The notes: a model not told the origin generated them from the sequence alone. Positions 49,296 through 59,536 are shown, numbered from the stretch's first letter. The stretch: 64,000 bases of DNA from Bdellovibrio sp. (GCA_036677065.1 JAKFBS010000004.1:384001-448000), one strand, 5' to 3'. Numbers and translations are program-made.

Positions 49296-50245
49296 TTTTT
49301 CCAGGCGATATTTATCAGCAAAAAATTCAGCCAAGTTTAACGCCAGTTTGGATATTGATGGCGATCAATGTGTTTGTGTATTTACTTACATTAGTGGGAT
49401 ATTCAGATCCAGGCCGTAATTATCGTCCTGAAATTTATCAGGAAAAGATCGCCAAACTTTCTGAGATGTATCGTCAAACACTAGACCCTATTGAACTTGA
49501 AACATATAACCCGCAAAATATTCCGGCGATGATTCGTGATTCGCGTTTTTGGTTACGGGCCCAGAATTTTCCGTTTAAAGGCGACCAGGTTAAAATTGAA
49601 GACACGAAAATATTTTTAGCAGACCTACGCTCTGAATATTTAAAGTCTCCGCAGTATACTTTTGGTTTGTCACCATCACCAACCTCATTGTGGGCTTGGT
49701 TTACCTATCAGTTTTTACACACTGGTTTTTTTCATTTAGCGATGAATTTGTTTTTTTTATTCTTAGTGCTTTCGGTTTTACAAAAAATGGTTCCGCAAAG
49801 CTGGATTTATTCAGTGTATGTCATCAGCGGTTTAGGTGGCGGGGTCGCGTATCTTTATATGAATCAATTTAATGAAATCGCAGTTCTTGGAGCCAGCGGC
49901 GCTATTTGCGGTTTGATGGCCTTTTTGGCTGTGATCGGCAATATAAAAAACATTGAGTGGAGTTATTTTTTATCTCCGCTAAAAGGTTATTACGGCATTA
50001 TTTATTTACCGGCTTTTTTGCTATTTCCTGTTTATTTGCTTTCTGATTTTACCACAGTTCTTTATTACACCTCAGGGGTGCAGTCTTCGGTGGCGCATTC
50101 AGCGCACATTGGTGGCACGCTGGTTGGATTTTTATTGGGATTATACTTTCTGTGGGATCAAAAAGTTAAAATGAATGTCTTAAATAATTGGGGACACGCC
50201 TTGTCGCCAGAAGATTATTCTGAACTAAGAGATAAAATCAGTTAA
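49292..50245 (+). CDS. Rhomboid intramembrane serine protease
   Basis: FLHTGFFHLAMN, GASGA (Ser) and AHSAHIGG (His). Confidence 0.9.
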   Translation: MIFPGDIYQQKIQPSLTPVWILMAINVFVYLLTLVGYSDPGRNYRPEIYQEKIAKLSEMYRQTLDPIELETYNPQNIPAMIRDSRFWLRAQNFPFKGDQVKIEDTKIFLADLRSEYLKSPQYTFGLSPSPTSLWAWFTYQFLHTGFFHLAMNLFFLFLVLSVLQKMVPQSWIYSVYVISGLGGGVAYLYMNQFNEIAVLGASGAICGLMAFLAVIGNIKNIEWSYFLSPLKGYYGIIYLPAFLLFPVYLLSDFTTVLYYTSGVQSSVAHSAHIGGTLVGFLLGLYFLWDQKVKMNVLNNWGHALSPEDYSELRDKIS

Positions 50246-50250
50246 CAATT

Positions 50251-50278
50251 AAAAAAAAAGGGGAAGAGTCTTCCCCTT
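50251..50278 (-). terminator. Terminator for putA
   Basis: AAGGGGAAGA-G-TCTTCCCCTT preceded by an A tract on the + strand. Confidence 0.75.
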
Positions 50279-50283
50279 GCGAA

Positions 50284-53238
50284 TTACTGATTCTCTTCAG
50301 GAGCGAATCCACGGCGCATGGTATTTTCAGTCACAACGATAGGCTCTGTGAATTGTTTTAAATAATCAGGGCCGCCGGTTTTTGAACCGATGCCTGACAT
50401 TTTGTATCCGCCGAACGGGTGACGATCAACCATTGCACCTGTGATGCCGCGATTGATGTACATATTGCCCACTTCAAGCTCTTGCTTAACGCGTTCAATG
50501 TTGGCCGGGCTGCGCGAGAACACACCGCCTGTAAGCGCGTACTCAGTTGAGTTTGCGATCTCGATGGCGTGAGTCAGATCTTTGGCTCTGATCATCGCAA
50601 CGATGGGGCCGAAGAATTCATTTTGAGCTACGTCATCAGATGATTTCACATCGCCAAAGATTGTGATTGGTACGAAGTAGCCACCCTGTGGGCTTTCGCC
50701 TTTGAAGAGCACTTTGTATTTGCTACTTGCTTCAGTGATTGAATTATTTAAACGGTCGTAAGCTTCTTGATCCACAACTGGGCCGAAATATCCTTTTGGA
50801 TTTTCTGCTGAAGAAATCTCGATTGATTTTGCGCCTTCAACTAAACGTTGTGTGAATTTTTCGTAAACTTCGTCTAACACGATCACACGTGATGCTGCCG
50901 AACATTTTTGTCCTGCAAAACCAAATGCTGAGTATAATACGTTGTCGACAGCTTCATCTAGATCGGCATCGCTATCGATGATCATGGCGTTTTTTCCGCC
51001 CATTTCGATAATACAACGTTTTACGTGTTGCTGGCCAGGTTGAACAACGGCAGCGTTTTTAGCAATTAATAAACCAACCACTTTAGATCCAGTGAAAGCG
51101 ATCGTCGTTGTGTGTTTATGTTTTACAATGTAGTCGCCAACGATTTCGCCGTAACCAGGTAAAAACTGAAGCACGTTCTCTGGAAGGCCAACTTGTTTGA
51201 ATAAATCAAATAAACCTTGAGCTACTAATGAAGACTGCTCTGCTGGTTTCATAACTACTGTGTTACCAGTAACTAAGGCCGCAGCTACTTGGCCTGCTAA
51301 GATCGCTAATGGGAAGTTCCATGGCGAGATCACAGATACAACACCACGAGGTTTGTAGATGTAGTGGCTGATTTCGCCCGGAGCGTGGCCTACGCGTAAT
51401 GGGTTAGCTAATTGGCGTTGGTGACGGGCATAGTAACGTAAGAAATCAATGGCTTCAGCCACATCGCCGTCAGCTTCAGCCCAGGGTTTACCGACTTCAA
51501 CGATTTGGTGAGCCATTAATTTAAATTTATTTTTTACCATTAAGTCTGCAACATCGTCTAAGAACTTAGCGCGGCGGTAAGTATCTACGTTTTTCCAAGA
51601 TTTAAAAGCTTCATGGGCTTTTGTCATTGCAGTTTCTGCAACTTCAACTGATGCCATTGTTACTTCGGCCACAATCTGCGCGTGACGAGAAGGATTCACG
51701 CGGTTAAAGATTTCGCCAGTCGTGATTTTTTGCCCGCCGACAATGGGTTGAATTTTAACTGGTAGTTGTGATTTTAAATTTTGAATCGCTTTTAGTGTTT
51801 CGCTACGAACTTCTTCAACAGCGAAATCTAAGTAAGGTTCGTTGTGAAATTGATTTGGATTCGTTTCAGGGTTTGGATTTGTCGGAGTTAAACCAACTGA
51901 AGGATCTTTTAATAATTCAGCTGTAGTTTTACCTTCAGCGAATTTACCGCGTAACCAAGATTCATTCGAAGTATTTTCTAAAAGACGACGAACAAGATAC
52001 GCCATGCCAGGAATAAGTTCGCCGACTGGGGCGTATTCGCGCACGCGGTAACCCATGTCTGATAATGATTTTTTAATCGGTTCAGCCATTCCGTAAAGCA
52101 TTTGCACTTCGTACGCGTTTTTTGGCAGACCAAGTTGTTCAGCTTTAACAATCGCTGCAGAAATCGTACGAACGTTGTGTGAAGCTAAAGCTACGCGAAT
52201 GAATTTGTAATTTTCTAAAAGATAATTGGCGCAAAGTTCGTAGTTGGCATCAGATTCAGCTTTATTTAAGTAAACCGGAATTGACCAACCTTTTTGTTTA
52301 GCTTCAATAGTTTCGGAATCCCAGTAAGCGCCTTTTACTAAACGAATTGTAAACGGTGTGCCACGTTGTCTTGCGAATTCAGTTAAGTCTTTAACGTCGG
52401 CGTAAGAATCGCGTAAGTACGCTTGCACCACGCAACCAAAGAATTTGTAGTTTTTAAATTCTGGTTCAGAGATTAATTCTTTATAAACTTCTACAGTTAA
52501 ATGTTTTACTCCGTAGTGTTCCATATCTAAATTTACGAATACGCCAAGATCCATACCTTTTTTGAAGATGGGGCGAAGGCGTTCTTTTAACATCGCTTTA
52601 GATTCGTCCCAGGCTTTGTCATTGATTTGCGAATACACTGCCGTCATTTTTACTGACACGTTGATTTTTGGAATTGGTCCATCTGCATCGCGATCTAAAA
52701 GTGGATTTTCATCCCATTTCGCGGCGTCTTTGGCTAACCATTCGATTAATTCCATGTAGCGTTTTTGATATTCTAAAGCTTCTTTTTCAGAAAGAGTCGC
52801 TTCACCTAAAATATCAACTGTGAAAGTTAAATTGTTTTTACGGGCTTTTTTTAATACCGATAAAGCTTCATCAGGAGTTTCGCCAGTGATGAACATTTTT
52901 GCCATCGATGTTACGTTCTTTTTGATGGCTCCGGCCATTAAGCTTGGAGCTAAAGAACCTAAGCCAAGACCCATGTTGAATACCGCTGGCAATTCAGTCT
53001 TGCCACCTTCAGAGAAATATTCTTTTAAGTGAGTAGCAACACCATCAGCTGAAGTTAACGATGGTAATACGTCAACAAAGCGAAACATGTTGGTTTTAAA
53101 TTTTTCATTCTTCATCGACCAGTCCATCACTGAACCGTACCAGAAGTCTTTTGAAAATAATGAGCCTTTAGATTGAGATTCCATACGTTTAAGAATCTCT
53201 TCACCCTTAGATTGGATTTTTAACTGATTGTCTTGCAT
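50284..53238 (-). CDS. putA: Bifunctional proline dehydrogenase / P5C dehydrogenase
   Basis: RLVKGAYWD, YLVRRLLEN, ISPWNFPLAI, EMGGKN, AGQKCSA and EFFGP. Confidence 0.96.
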   Translation of the reverse strand: MQDNQLKIQSKGEEILKRMESQSKGSLFSKDFWYGSVMDWSMKNEKFKTNMFRFVDVLPSLTSADGVATHLKEYFSEGGKTELPAVFNMGLGLGSLAPSLMAGAIKKNVTSMAKMFITGETPDEALSVLKKARKNNLTFTVDILGEATLSEKEALEYQKRYMELIEWLAKDAAKWDENPLLDRDADGPIPKINVSVKMTAVYSQINDKAWDESKAMLKERLRPIFKKGMDLGVFVNLDMEHYGVKHLTVEVYKELISEPEFKNYKFFGCVVQAYLRDSYADVKDLTEFARQRGTPFTIRLVKGAYWDSETIEAKQKGWSIPVYLNKAESDANYELCANYLLENYKFIRVALASHNVRTISAAIVKAEQLGLPKNAYEVQMLYGMAEPIKKSLSDMGYRVREYAPVGELIPGMAYLVRRLLENTSNESWLRGKFAEGKTTAELLKDPSVGLTPTNPNPETNPNQFHNEPYLDFAVEEVRSETLKAIQNLKSQLPVKIQPIVGGQKITTGEIFNRVNPSRHAQIVAEVTMASVEVAETAMTKAHEAFKSWKNVDTYRRAKFLDDVADLMVKNKFKLMAHQIVEVGKPWAEADGDVAEAIDFLRYYARHQRQLANPLRVGHAPGEISHYIYKPRGVVSVISPWNFPLAILAGQVAAALVTGNTVVMKPAEQSSLVAQGLFDLFKQVGLPENVLQFLPGYGEIVGDYIVKHKHTTTIAFTGSKVVGLLIAKNAAVVQPGQQHVKRCIIEMGGKNAMIIDSDADLDEAVDNVLYSAFGFAGQKCSAASRVIVLDEVYEKFTQRLVEGAKSIEISSAENPKGYFGPVVDQEAYDRLNNSITEASSKYKVLFKGESPQGGYFVPITIFGDVKSSDDVAQNEFFGPIVAMIRAKDLTHAIEIANSTEYALTGGVFSRSPANIERVKQELEVGNMYINRGITGAMVDRHPFGGYKMSGIGSKTGGPDYLKQFTEPIVVTENTMRRGFAPEENQ

Positions 53239-53255
53239 ATGCGACAATTTTTACG

Positions 53256-53894
53256 CTAGTTGATATCCCATTGGCAAACTAAAAGCGGCTGGTTTACAGG
53301 ACGTGTTTTGTCTCTCAAAACGGCCTCTAATTTATCTCCGGATTTCAACGCGCCAACACCAGAAGGAGTGCCCGTTAATAGAACATCATGAGAAGAAACG
53401 GGAAAATGCGCTTTAATATATTTTAAAAGCGTTTCGGGGCTAAAAATCATGTCAGAAGCATCACCAAGTTGTTTAGTTTCGTTATTGATTTTTAGTTCTA
53501 ATTGTAATGATTCAAGATTAGGCACAGATCCAACCTCAAGCCAAGGGCCCATCGGGCAAGAATCGGTAAAAGATTTAGCCAAGGTCCAAGGCAGGCCATT
53601 TTTTTTAGCATCAGATTGGGCATCGCGTGCTGTCAAATCAAGGGCTAATGTAAAGTGTGAAAATTGTAAATCTTCATTCAGCCAGAAGGCGATTTCTAAT
53701 TCGTGGTGGATTTCTTTTGACCAAGACGGAAGGTGAATCACGCTGCCGGTTGAAATTGAATTTCCTGATTTTAAAAAGATCACTGGATTTGCCGGAACTT
53801 CGGCTTTCATTTCTTTAGCGTGATCGGCGTAGTTACGACCTGCAGCCCAGACATTGCGAACAAGTTGTTGATGAAAAGTGTTTTTATCAACCAT
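53256..53894 (-). CDS. Fumarylacetoacetate hydrolase family protein
   Basis: GRNYADHAKEM, HHELE, DLTARD.Q, PWTLAKSF and LTGTPSGVG. Confidence 0.92.
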   Translation of the reverse strand: MVDKNTFHQQLVRNVWAAGRNYADHAKEMKAEVPANPVIFLKSGNSISTGSVIHLPSWSKEIHHELEIAFWLNEDLQFSHFTLALDLTARDAQSDAKKNGLPWTLAKSFTDSCPMGPWLEVGSVPNLESLQLELKINNETKQLGDASDMIFSPETLLKYIKAHFPVSSHDVLLTGTPSGVGALKSGDKLEAVLRDKTRPVNQPLLVCQWDIN

Positions 53895-53908
53895 AGGCTG
53901 CTCCGAGA

Positions 53909-55429
53909 TTATTTTTGTGCTTCTTCGATTCTATCTTTTTTCTGACGATTGCGATTCACAAAGTTTCGCATAGCTTTATCTAACTGCATATTAAAATCAA
54001 AATCACCGCTAACATCCGGATGTTTTTTCATATTTTTAAGAAAAGCCACGTAATCATCATTCGATAAAAATGTCATTGGTGCATTTTTAGATGTCTTTGT
54101 CATTGGTCCTACATTAAAACGAAGTCCGGCACCTGCATGGCAGCCAAGACAAGAGCCATTAATGTTATCAACTGGCCCATTCAAGCGGGTATTGTTGCGA
54201 TCTAATTCTGGGGGTAAGTCTGCGCCAAGGGCTACGCGGGTTGTGATGTGATTATTGGTAGCTCCATCAAAGATGTGGCTTTGGCCTGCATCAAGTCCGA
54301 ACTGTAAGCCTGCAGGGCGCATGTACTTTAAAGCTTCTGGAATATCCATATCGGCTAAGTGTTCATTTTTATGATTCAGATCAATGTAGTAAGTTAACAT
54401 AATCCAATTTTTTAAAACCGGATTTGTTCCTTTTAAGCGTGAGTCTTTTAGTGAAATATCAATTTGCACTAAAGCGACATTTTGCAGCTGACGAAGACTT
54501 TCATCTTTAGCTGTTTTGCCATCATCTTGGCGGGCATGACTGACGTGAGTCCACCAGTTATAAGTTTTTAAGTCACCTGAGTTTGTAGCCCACTGGCCAC
54601 GCATTTGGTTTTCCCAGTCAGGCATAGCGTTGAATAATAATTTGAAAGCAAGGCCTCCGTCTTTGGCGATAAACTGGGGGCGCATTTCAGTGATTTGTGG
54701 CAGTAGGCTATTTTTCTCGTGAAAAAATTCGGCATAACCATCGCAGACGGGTTGATTGAAATATGAAATTCCCCAAGTTACTGCATCTTCTGTCATTTCT
54801 ACATTTTTAGGAACCGTGTAGACGTGTGTTGTTCTGATCGGAAATTCTTTTGTTAATCCATGAATAGCTTCACGGCCTTTTTCAGTCACATTAAGCCACG
54901 GTGTATGGCACCAAGTACGTAAACTATTTGATCTGAAATGATTTTCGTACTGAGTTTTACCTTTTGTGTTGTCGGCATCAAACCAGCCTTCATAAATATA
55001 ACGTTGAAGCATATGCGCTAACTTTTCTGCATCTTGTTTGTTAGATACATCTAAGTTTTGACCGACCCATGGCATTTCTTTAACATTTTTACGAGCTCTG
55101 TTCTTGGCTTTCTTCGCTAAAGTCGAAGGGCTTTCTTTGAATTTAAAAAGTGGATCAAAAGGTTTTAAAGCTAAAGATTTTGCTTTAGCTAAATCCTGAT
55201 CGCACATTAAGGGCTGTATTTTTTTATTAGAATTGCGTCCGACCGATGTCGGTTGCATAACATCCAAAACGACAAATCCATTTTCAGAATTATCTTGGGG
55301 ATAGTTTATTTTTCCACAACCCGTAACTTCGTCGTTTGTGGGTGTGCGATTTTTTTCTGTTGAAGTGCAACCTAAAACAAACAAAAGACCAATTAATGAA
55401 ACTGCGCTGGTCGCTTTTAATATTCCCAT
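53909..55429 (-). CDS. Lipoprotein with a single C-terminal CxxCH heme-c motif
   Basis: Lipobox VLGC; RLNGPVDN...SCLGCH. Confidence 0.7.
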   Translation of the reverse strand: MGILKATSAVSLIGLLFVLGCTSTEKNRTPTNDEVTGCGKINYPQDNSENGFVVLDVMQPTSVGRNSNKKIQPLMCDQDLAKAKSLALKPFDPLFKFKESPSTLAKKAKNRARKNVKEMPWVGQNLDVSNKQDAEKLAHMLQRYIYEGWFDADNTKGKTQYENHFRSNSLRTWCHTPWLNVTEKGREAIHGLTKEFPIRTTHVYTVPKNVEMTEDAVTWGISYFNQPVCDGYAEFFHEKNSLLPQITEMRPQFIAKDGGLAFKLLFNAMPDWENQMRGQWATNSGDLKTYNWWTHVSHARQDDGKTAKDESLRQLQNVALVQIDISLKDSRLKGTNPVLKNWIMLTYYIDLNHKNEHLADMDIPEALKYMRPAGLQFGLDAGQSHIFDGATNNHITTRVALGADLPPELDRNNTRLNGPVDNINGSCLGCHAGAGLRFNVGPMTKTSKNAPMTFLSNDDYVAFLKNMKKHPDVSGDFDFNMQLDKAMRNFVNRNRQKKDRIEEAQK

Positions 55430-55537
55430 GAAATTACTCCCTATACTTAAAGTTTATGCAACGGGATCATTAACCGAAAGGCCTGATTGCTGGCTGCTGC
55501 CCATAGGTCTAGATTGACACAGAAATGACTCAAGAGC

Positions 55538-56041
55538 CTAAGCAGCTCCACGAGATTTAAACTGCCAAATTCCTTCTTCGGTAATTTTAAATTCAATGTA
55601 TTGCGCAGGAGCCCAGCCTGCAAATTCGTAAGAGTTTAAATTTTTGTCGCAGTTAATCACTGTCATAGCTTCTTCAACCCAGTCATAGTGAGTGCAAGCG
55701 TAAACCACTTGATTTTTATTTTCTGGTTGTGCCGCTTGGAAGGTGTAAAAATTAATTAATTTTTGCACGCGCGCGCGAAATTGTTGTGACGTTTCATTAA
55801 GGTCGCGTAAGTTTAATTCATTTTTTAATTCAGATTTGGGTTTAAAATTTTCGATTAAATCATGCAGCGTTTCTTTAGTTCTAATCATATTGGAAAATAA
55901 ACAAACAGTTGGTGCTGGCAATACTTTACTTTTAGCCATCTCTGAAAGCTTACGTGATTGTTCGTGGCCTTTGGCGCTAAGGCTTGGGTTTTCAGGTGGC
56001 TCCATTGATTTGTGACCATGACGAAATAATATAAAAATCAT
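55538..56041 (-). CDS. Histidine phosphatase (SixA-like)
   Basis: FRHG, LS.KG.EQS, RTKET and CTH motifs. Confidence 0.82.
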   Translation of the reverse strand: MIFILFRHGHKSMEPPENPSLSAKGHEQSRKLSEMAKSKVLPAPTVCLFSNMIRTKETLHDLIENFKPKSELKNELNLRDLNETSQQFRARVQKLINFYTFQAAQPENKNQVVYACTHYDWVEEAMTVINCDKNLNSYEFAGWAPAQYIEFKITEEGIWQFKSRGAA

Positions 56042-56097
56042 TGTTTAAGCGTACCTAAAACCTTGAGAACATGTCACGAGTTTGCTAATTTAAAGTT

Positions 56098-56991
56098 ATG
56101 TCAAAAATTTACCGCTATTGCTCTAATGATTTTACCGTACGTGCTGCCGCTGTTGACGCAACTCAAGTTGTGCAAGAGATGCAGATGTTGCAAAACACTT
56201 TGCCGATTGCAACTGTTGGCGTTGGTAAAGCCATGGTGGGCGCACTGTTAATGGCAGCCCAGTTAAAAGATAAGCAGCAAGTGGGTCTTTTATTTCGCGG
56301 CAATGGCTCTATTAAAAGTATTTATGCTGAAGCAGATTACGAAGGTAGTGTTCGCGCGTTTACGCCAAACCCTGGTTATGAACCTGCTAATTACGATAAA
56401 GGTTTAAGTGTTGCCGAAGCCTTAGGAAAAGGAACTTTAAGCGTTGCTCGTCATCAGCCTTTTCAAAAATCACCATTTCACGGTACCGTTGAACTTGTGA
56501 CCGGCGAGATCGCTGAAGATTTGGCCCATTACTTACATCAATCACATCAAATTCGTTCAGTTGTGGCTTTAGGAATTTATCTAGATGAATACGGCAAGTG
56601 TGTTAAAGCCGGTGGTGTAATTATTGAAATTATGCCTGGTGTGGATGAAAAAAATGTCAGTGCCATTGAAGCCAATACGGCAATCATGCAACCAAGTGTT
56701 TCAAAAATTTTGATGGAAGGTGGAAAACCATTCAATCTAGTTGAGCCATTTATGTTGGGTATTCCATTTACAGAATTAGATCATCCCCATGAAGCAAAGT
56801 ATTTTTGTCCGTGCGATAAAGAGCGCGTCAAAGGTGCTTTATCAATTTTAGGTATGGCCGAACTTCAAGACATCATCGATAAAGGTGAAGAGCAAGAAGT
56901 GATCTGCCAAATGTGTGGTAAGCCTTACTTAGTTACAATTGATGAAGTGTCTGAACTTAAAGAAGTTCTTCATAAAAATTCAATGCACTAA
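56098..56991 (+). CDS. hslO: Hsp33 redox-regulated chaperone
   Basis: GEIAEDLAHYL.QS.Q, AGG.IIE.MPG and the CPC...CQMC Zn motif. Confidence 0.93.
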   Translation: MSKIYRYCSNDFTVRAAAVDATQVVQEMQMLQNTLPIATVGVGKAMVGALLMAAQLKDKQQVGLLFRGNGSIKSIYAEADYEGSVRAFTPNPGYEPANYDKGLSVAEALGKGTLSVARHQPFQKSPFHGTVELVTGEIAEDLAHYLHQSHQIRSVVALGIYLDEYGKCVKAGGVIIEIMPGVDEKNVSAIEANTAIMQPSVSKILMEGGKPFNLVEPFMLGIPFTELDHPHEAKYFCPCDKERVKGALSILGMAELQDIIDKGEEQEVICQMCGKPYLVTIDEVSELKEVLHKNSMH

Positions 56992-56992
56992 T

Positions 56993-57442
56993 TTACGGGT
57001 GAATGCCGCAAGCCACAGCGACACCTGTGGATTTTCCATTTTTGGTTTCTTCAAGAACAAAAATTTTTCCGCGAAGCTCTAGCTGAAACAATAATAGGTT
57101 GGGGGATGCGCGGCCGCCATAACTTGAATGCTGAGATTCGCTTGAAGTTAATAGCAGAGCATCAGATTCATTTTCAACTTTTTCGATTTTTCCTGTTTCA
57201 TTTATAGCGTTTGGAGTCATTGGCGCAGAATAATTAGAACAGTCTCCTATGGCGTAGATAAAAACGCCATAACCTTGCTGTTTTTTGAGTCCATTAAGGC
57301 GGAACTGAAAATCAACAGCGCCTTCGGTAACGATTTCAAACTCACCGTTAGCATAGTACGGAAGTGTACGATTTAACTTTACGATTTTTGCTTGAGCAAG
57401 ACAGGTGAAAGAAAGGCTTAAAGCCAATACGAATAAACGCAT
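56993..57442 (-). CDS. Secreted Cu/Zn-SOD-fold-like protein lacking metal ligands
   Basis: Signal peptide; GL....YGVFIYAIGDCS and terminal VACGI resemble SodC without the His residues. Confidence 0.55.
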   Translation of the reverse strand: MRLFVLALSLSFTCLAQAKIVKLNRTLPYYANGEFEIVTEGAVDFQFRLNGLKKQQGYGVFIYAIGDCSNYSAPMTPNAINETGKIEKVENESDALLLTSSESQHSSYGGRASPNLLLFQLELRGKIFVLEETKNGKSTGVAVACGIHP

Positions 57443-57522
57443 AGATTCCCCCGAAACTTTAATTCTATAGATAGAGAAAAGACTTCTCTATCTCTTCGGG
57501 GAAAATCTCAATTTAAGACAGA

Positions 57523-58083
57523 TTATTTAGCTACAGTTTGCTTGCTGCGAAGAGCGGCTTTGCAGATAGATACTTTTTCTTCGTATTCATCCTGGCGGGC
57601 ATTTAAAACCGTTTTGTAACCGCGAAATCTTTGAATACGGTCGACTAAAAATTCTTCTGTCACAGCAACCAGTTTTTTCTGTTCATCAATGCCGATTTTA
57701 AAATCATCTTCTTTATCAGTGATACGCTCTAATGGCTCAGTCCACATTAATTTACCATCACCGCCATTGCGTGGGTCTGATAACTGGATTTTACATTCGC
57801 GAAGTACGCCGTATAAACCTAAAGATCCGAATCTGCGGTTGCCGTAAACGCGGTCTTCTAATTCATAAACTTCATACTGAGTTTTTCTAAGTTCTTCGTT
57901 TAAAGAAACTTTCTTTTGAAAAACGGCATTGCCATCTTTTACGCCGATAGAACTTTCGCCATTGATCTCATTTTTATGATCAAGCTTTGTGTCGATGTCT
58001 TCCACTTTGTTGGGATTTGTTTTACATGAAAATAAAACAGTTGTTGTTAATGCAGCTACCAGAAATAAATTGAGTGATCTCAC
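57523..58083 (-). CDS. Lipoprotein of unknown function
   Basis: AGGAG RBS, GTG start, lipobox LFSC. Confidence 0.78.
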   Translation of the reverse strand: MRSLNLFLVAALTTTVLFSCKTNPNKVEDIDTKLDHKNEINGESSIGVKDGNAVFQKKVSLNEELRKTQYEVYELEDRVYGNRRFGSLGLYGVLRECKIQLSDPRNGGDGKLMWTEPLERITDKEDDFKIGIDEQKKLVAVTEEFLVDRIQRFRGYKTVLNARQDEYEEKVSICKAALRSKQTVAK

Positions 58084-58304
58084 GAAGAGCTCCTTTTGAT
58101 GTGATATTAGTTTAGAGGAGTTGCTTTCAAAAGGGCATCATGTCAGGCGTTAATCTGTTGTATTAAAAATACTTATGGCAAAATGCGAAGCTGGTGGCTC
58201 GGTGTTTTCCGAAACCAGCGAAGAAAAGTTTGTGATAGGTTGGGTTCGCTCACTTTGGGCTCTACGACTGTAGATGGGAGCGGGCTTGTTGTACTTCTCT
58301 ATAT

Positions 58305-58320
58305 AGCAATGACCTTGCCA
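58305..58320 (-). promoter_or_regulatory. sigma54 promoter
   Basis: TGGCAA-GGTCA-TTGCT; IHF-like AATCATACACTTA at 58349-58361. Confidence 0.7.
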
Positions 58321-58566
58321 AGTTTCTCATAATGAGATTTTTTAATTAAATCATACACTTACGTAGCTGGTGCCATGATGGAACTTCTTGGTCCAAAAAA
58401 ATCCTCATATAAATAGAGAAACTGGGATCAAAAGGTAACGGGGCACCAAGTGTGTCAGGGGTGTTATCGTTTTTTGTCAAAGAGCTGTTTTAATCTCGAA
58501 GTGATACGCTCAGGTCTAATATATGCCAGCAAACTTGGTCATAAAGTTGAAATAATGTATTTTGAC

Positions 58567-59211
58567 ATGAAATTAAACTACTTCTTACGCTTTATTATGT
58601 TCGTTTTTATTGGTGCTGCCTTAAATGCGTGCGCACCTAAAAAATCAGAAGACTGTGGTTTTGTTCAGAATGTTTATGGACAAAGAATTTCATGGAAAAC
58701 ATCAACGCCAATTCAATTATATGTTAGCCAAAATGTTCCGGCGTCTTTAAGACCCGCGATTCACCGTGCTGCGGCAAGCTGGGAGCAAACTCTAGGACGC
58801 AAAGTTTTTGAAGTGATTGAAGAAAATTCTTCACAAACTTCTACGCCAGGTCGAGATAAGAAAAATGGTATTTACTTTTTATCGCAATGGGAGTCAGATA
58901 GAAAGTCTGAGCAAGGTCGCACGTCAGTCTACTGGGCTGGAGATGAGATTCAAGAAGCTGATATCCGTATCAATTCTGCAGATTTTAACTATTACGATCA
59001 GAACCCTCAACAACTTGTAAGAACAGCTAGCAATAAAACCTCGGCGGGTTATAACTTCGAGGCGCTGGTTCTGCACGAGTTAGGTCACTTTTTGGGTCTG
59101 AAACATCGCGAAAGCATGGGCACAGTAATGGCAAAAGAACTTGGCGCCTACTCAGACAGGATCAAATTGGCTTCGGTCGATGCTGAATCTGTACAATGTG
59201 AATATAAGTAA
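58567..59211 (+). CDS. Matrixin-family (M10) metalloprotease lipoprotein
   Basis: Lipobox LNAC; EADIRIN, HELGHFLGLKH and Met-turn TVM; start 58555 or 58567. Confidence 0.88.
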   Translation: MKLNYFLRFIMFVFIGAALNACAPKKSEDCGFVQNVYGQRISWKTSTPIQLYVSQNVPASLRPAIHRAAASWEQTLGRKVFEVIEENSSQTSTPGRDKKNGIYFLSQWESDRKSEQGRTSVYWAGDEIQEADIRINSADFNYYDQNPQQLVRTASNKTSAGYNFEALVLHELGHFLGLKHRESMGTVMAKELGAYSDRIKLASVDAESVQCEYK

Positions 59212-59239
59212 GAAAAAAAGAGAAGAAGAGAGAACAGAT

Positions 59240-59458
59240 ATGAAAAATTTAAATCAAACACAAGAATCAAAAGTACAAATCACTGAACCAACAGTGTTAC
59301 CTGATTTAAATATGTCTGTTTACAATGAATTACATGATCAAACTCAAAGCGAAGTAAATGTATTAGCAATGATTAACGAGCAATTTAAACAAATCCATGA
59401 AATGGGTAAACGTCGTTCGTTATTGTTAAAAGAAGTTTCTGGATATTTAGTTAAATAA
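59240..59458 (+). CDS. Small hypothetical protein
   Basis: Purine-rich leader, ATG 59240, followed by a terminator. Confidence 0.6.
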   Translation: MKNLNQTQESKVQITEPTVLPDLNMSVYNELHDQTQSEVNVLAMINEQFKQIHEMGKRRSLLLKEVSGYLVK

Positions 59459-59501
59459 TTTCGCTATTGCGAAGCAATGCAAAGATACAGCAAATTTAGA
59501 C

Positions 59502-59536
59502 AAAAAAAAAGAGAGCTTGTGGCTCTCTTTTTTTTT
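59502..59536. terminator. Bidirectional terminator
   Basis: A tract-GAGAGC-TTGTG-GCTCTC-T tract. Confidence 0.85.

Noticed and set aside
58450..58554. Extended N-terminus of the matrixin ORF
   Set aside because: The lipoprotein signal begins at 58555 or 58567; the upstream part contains promoter-like motifs
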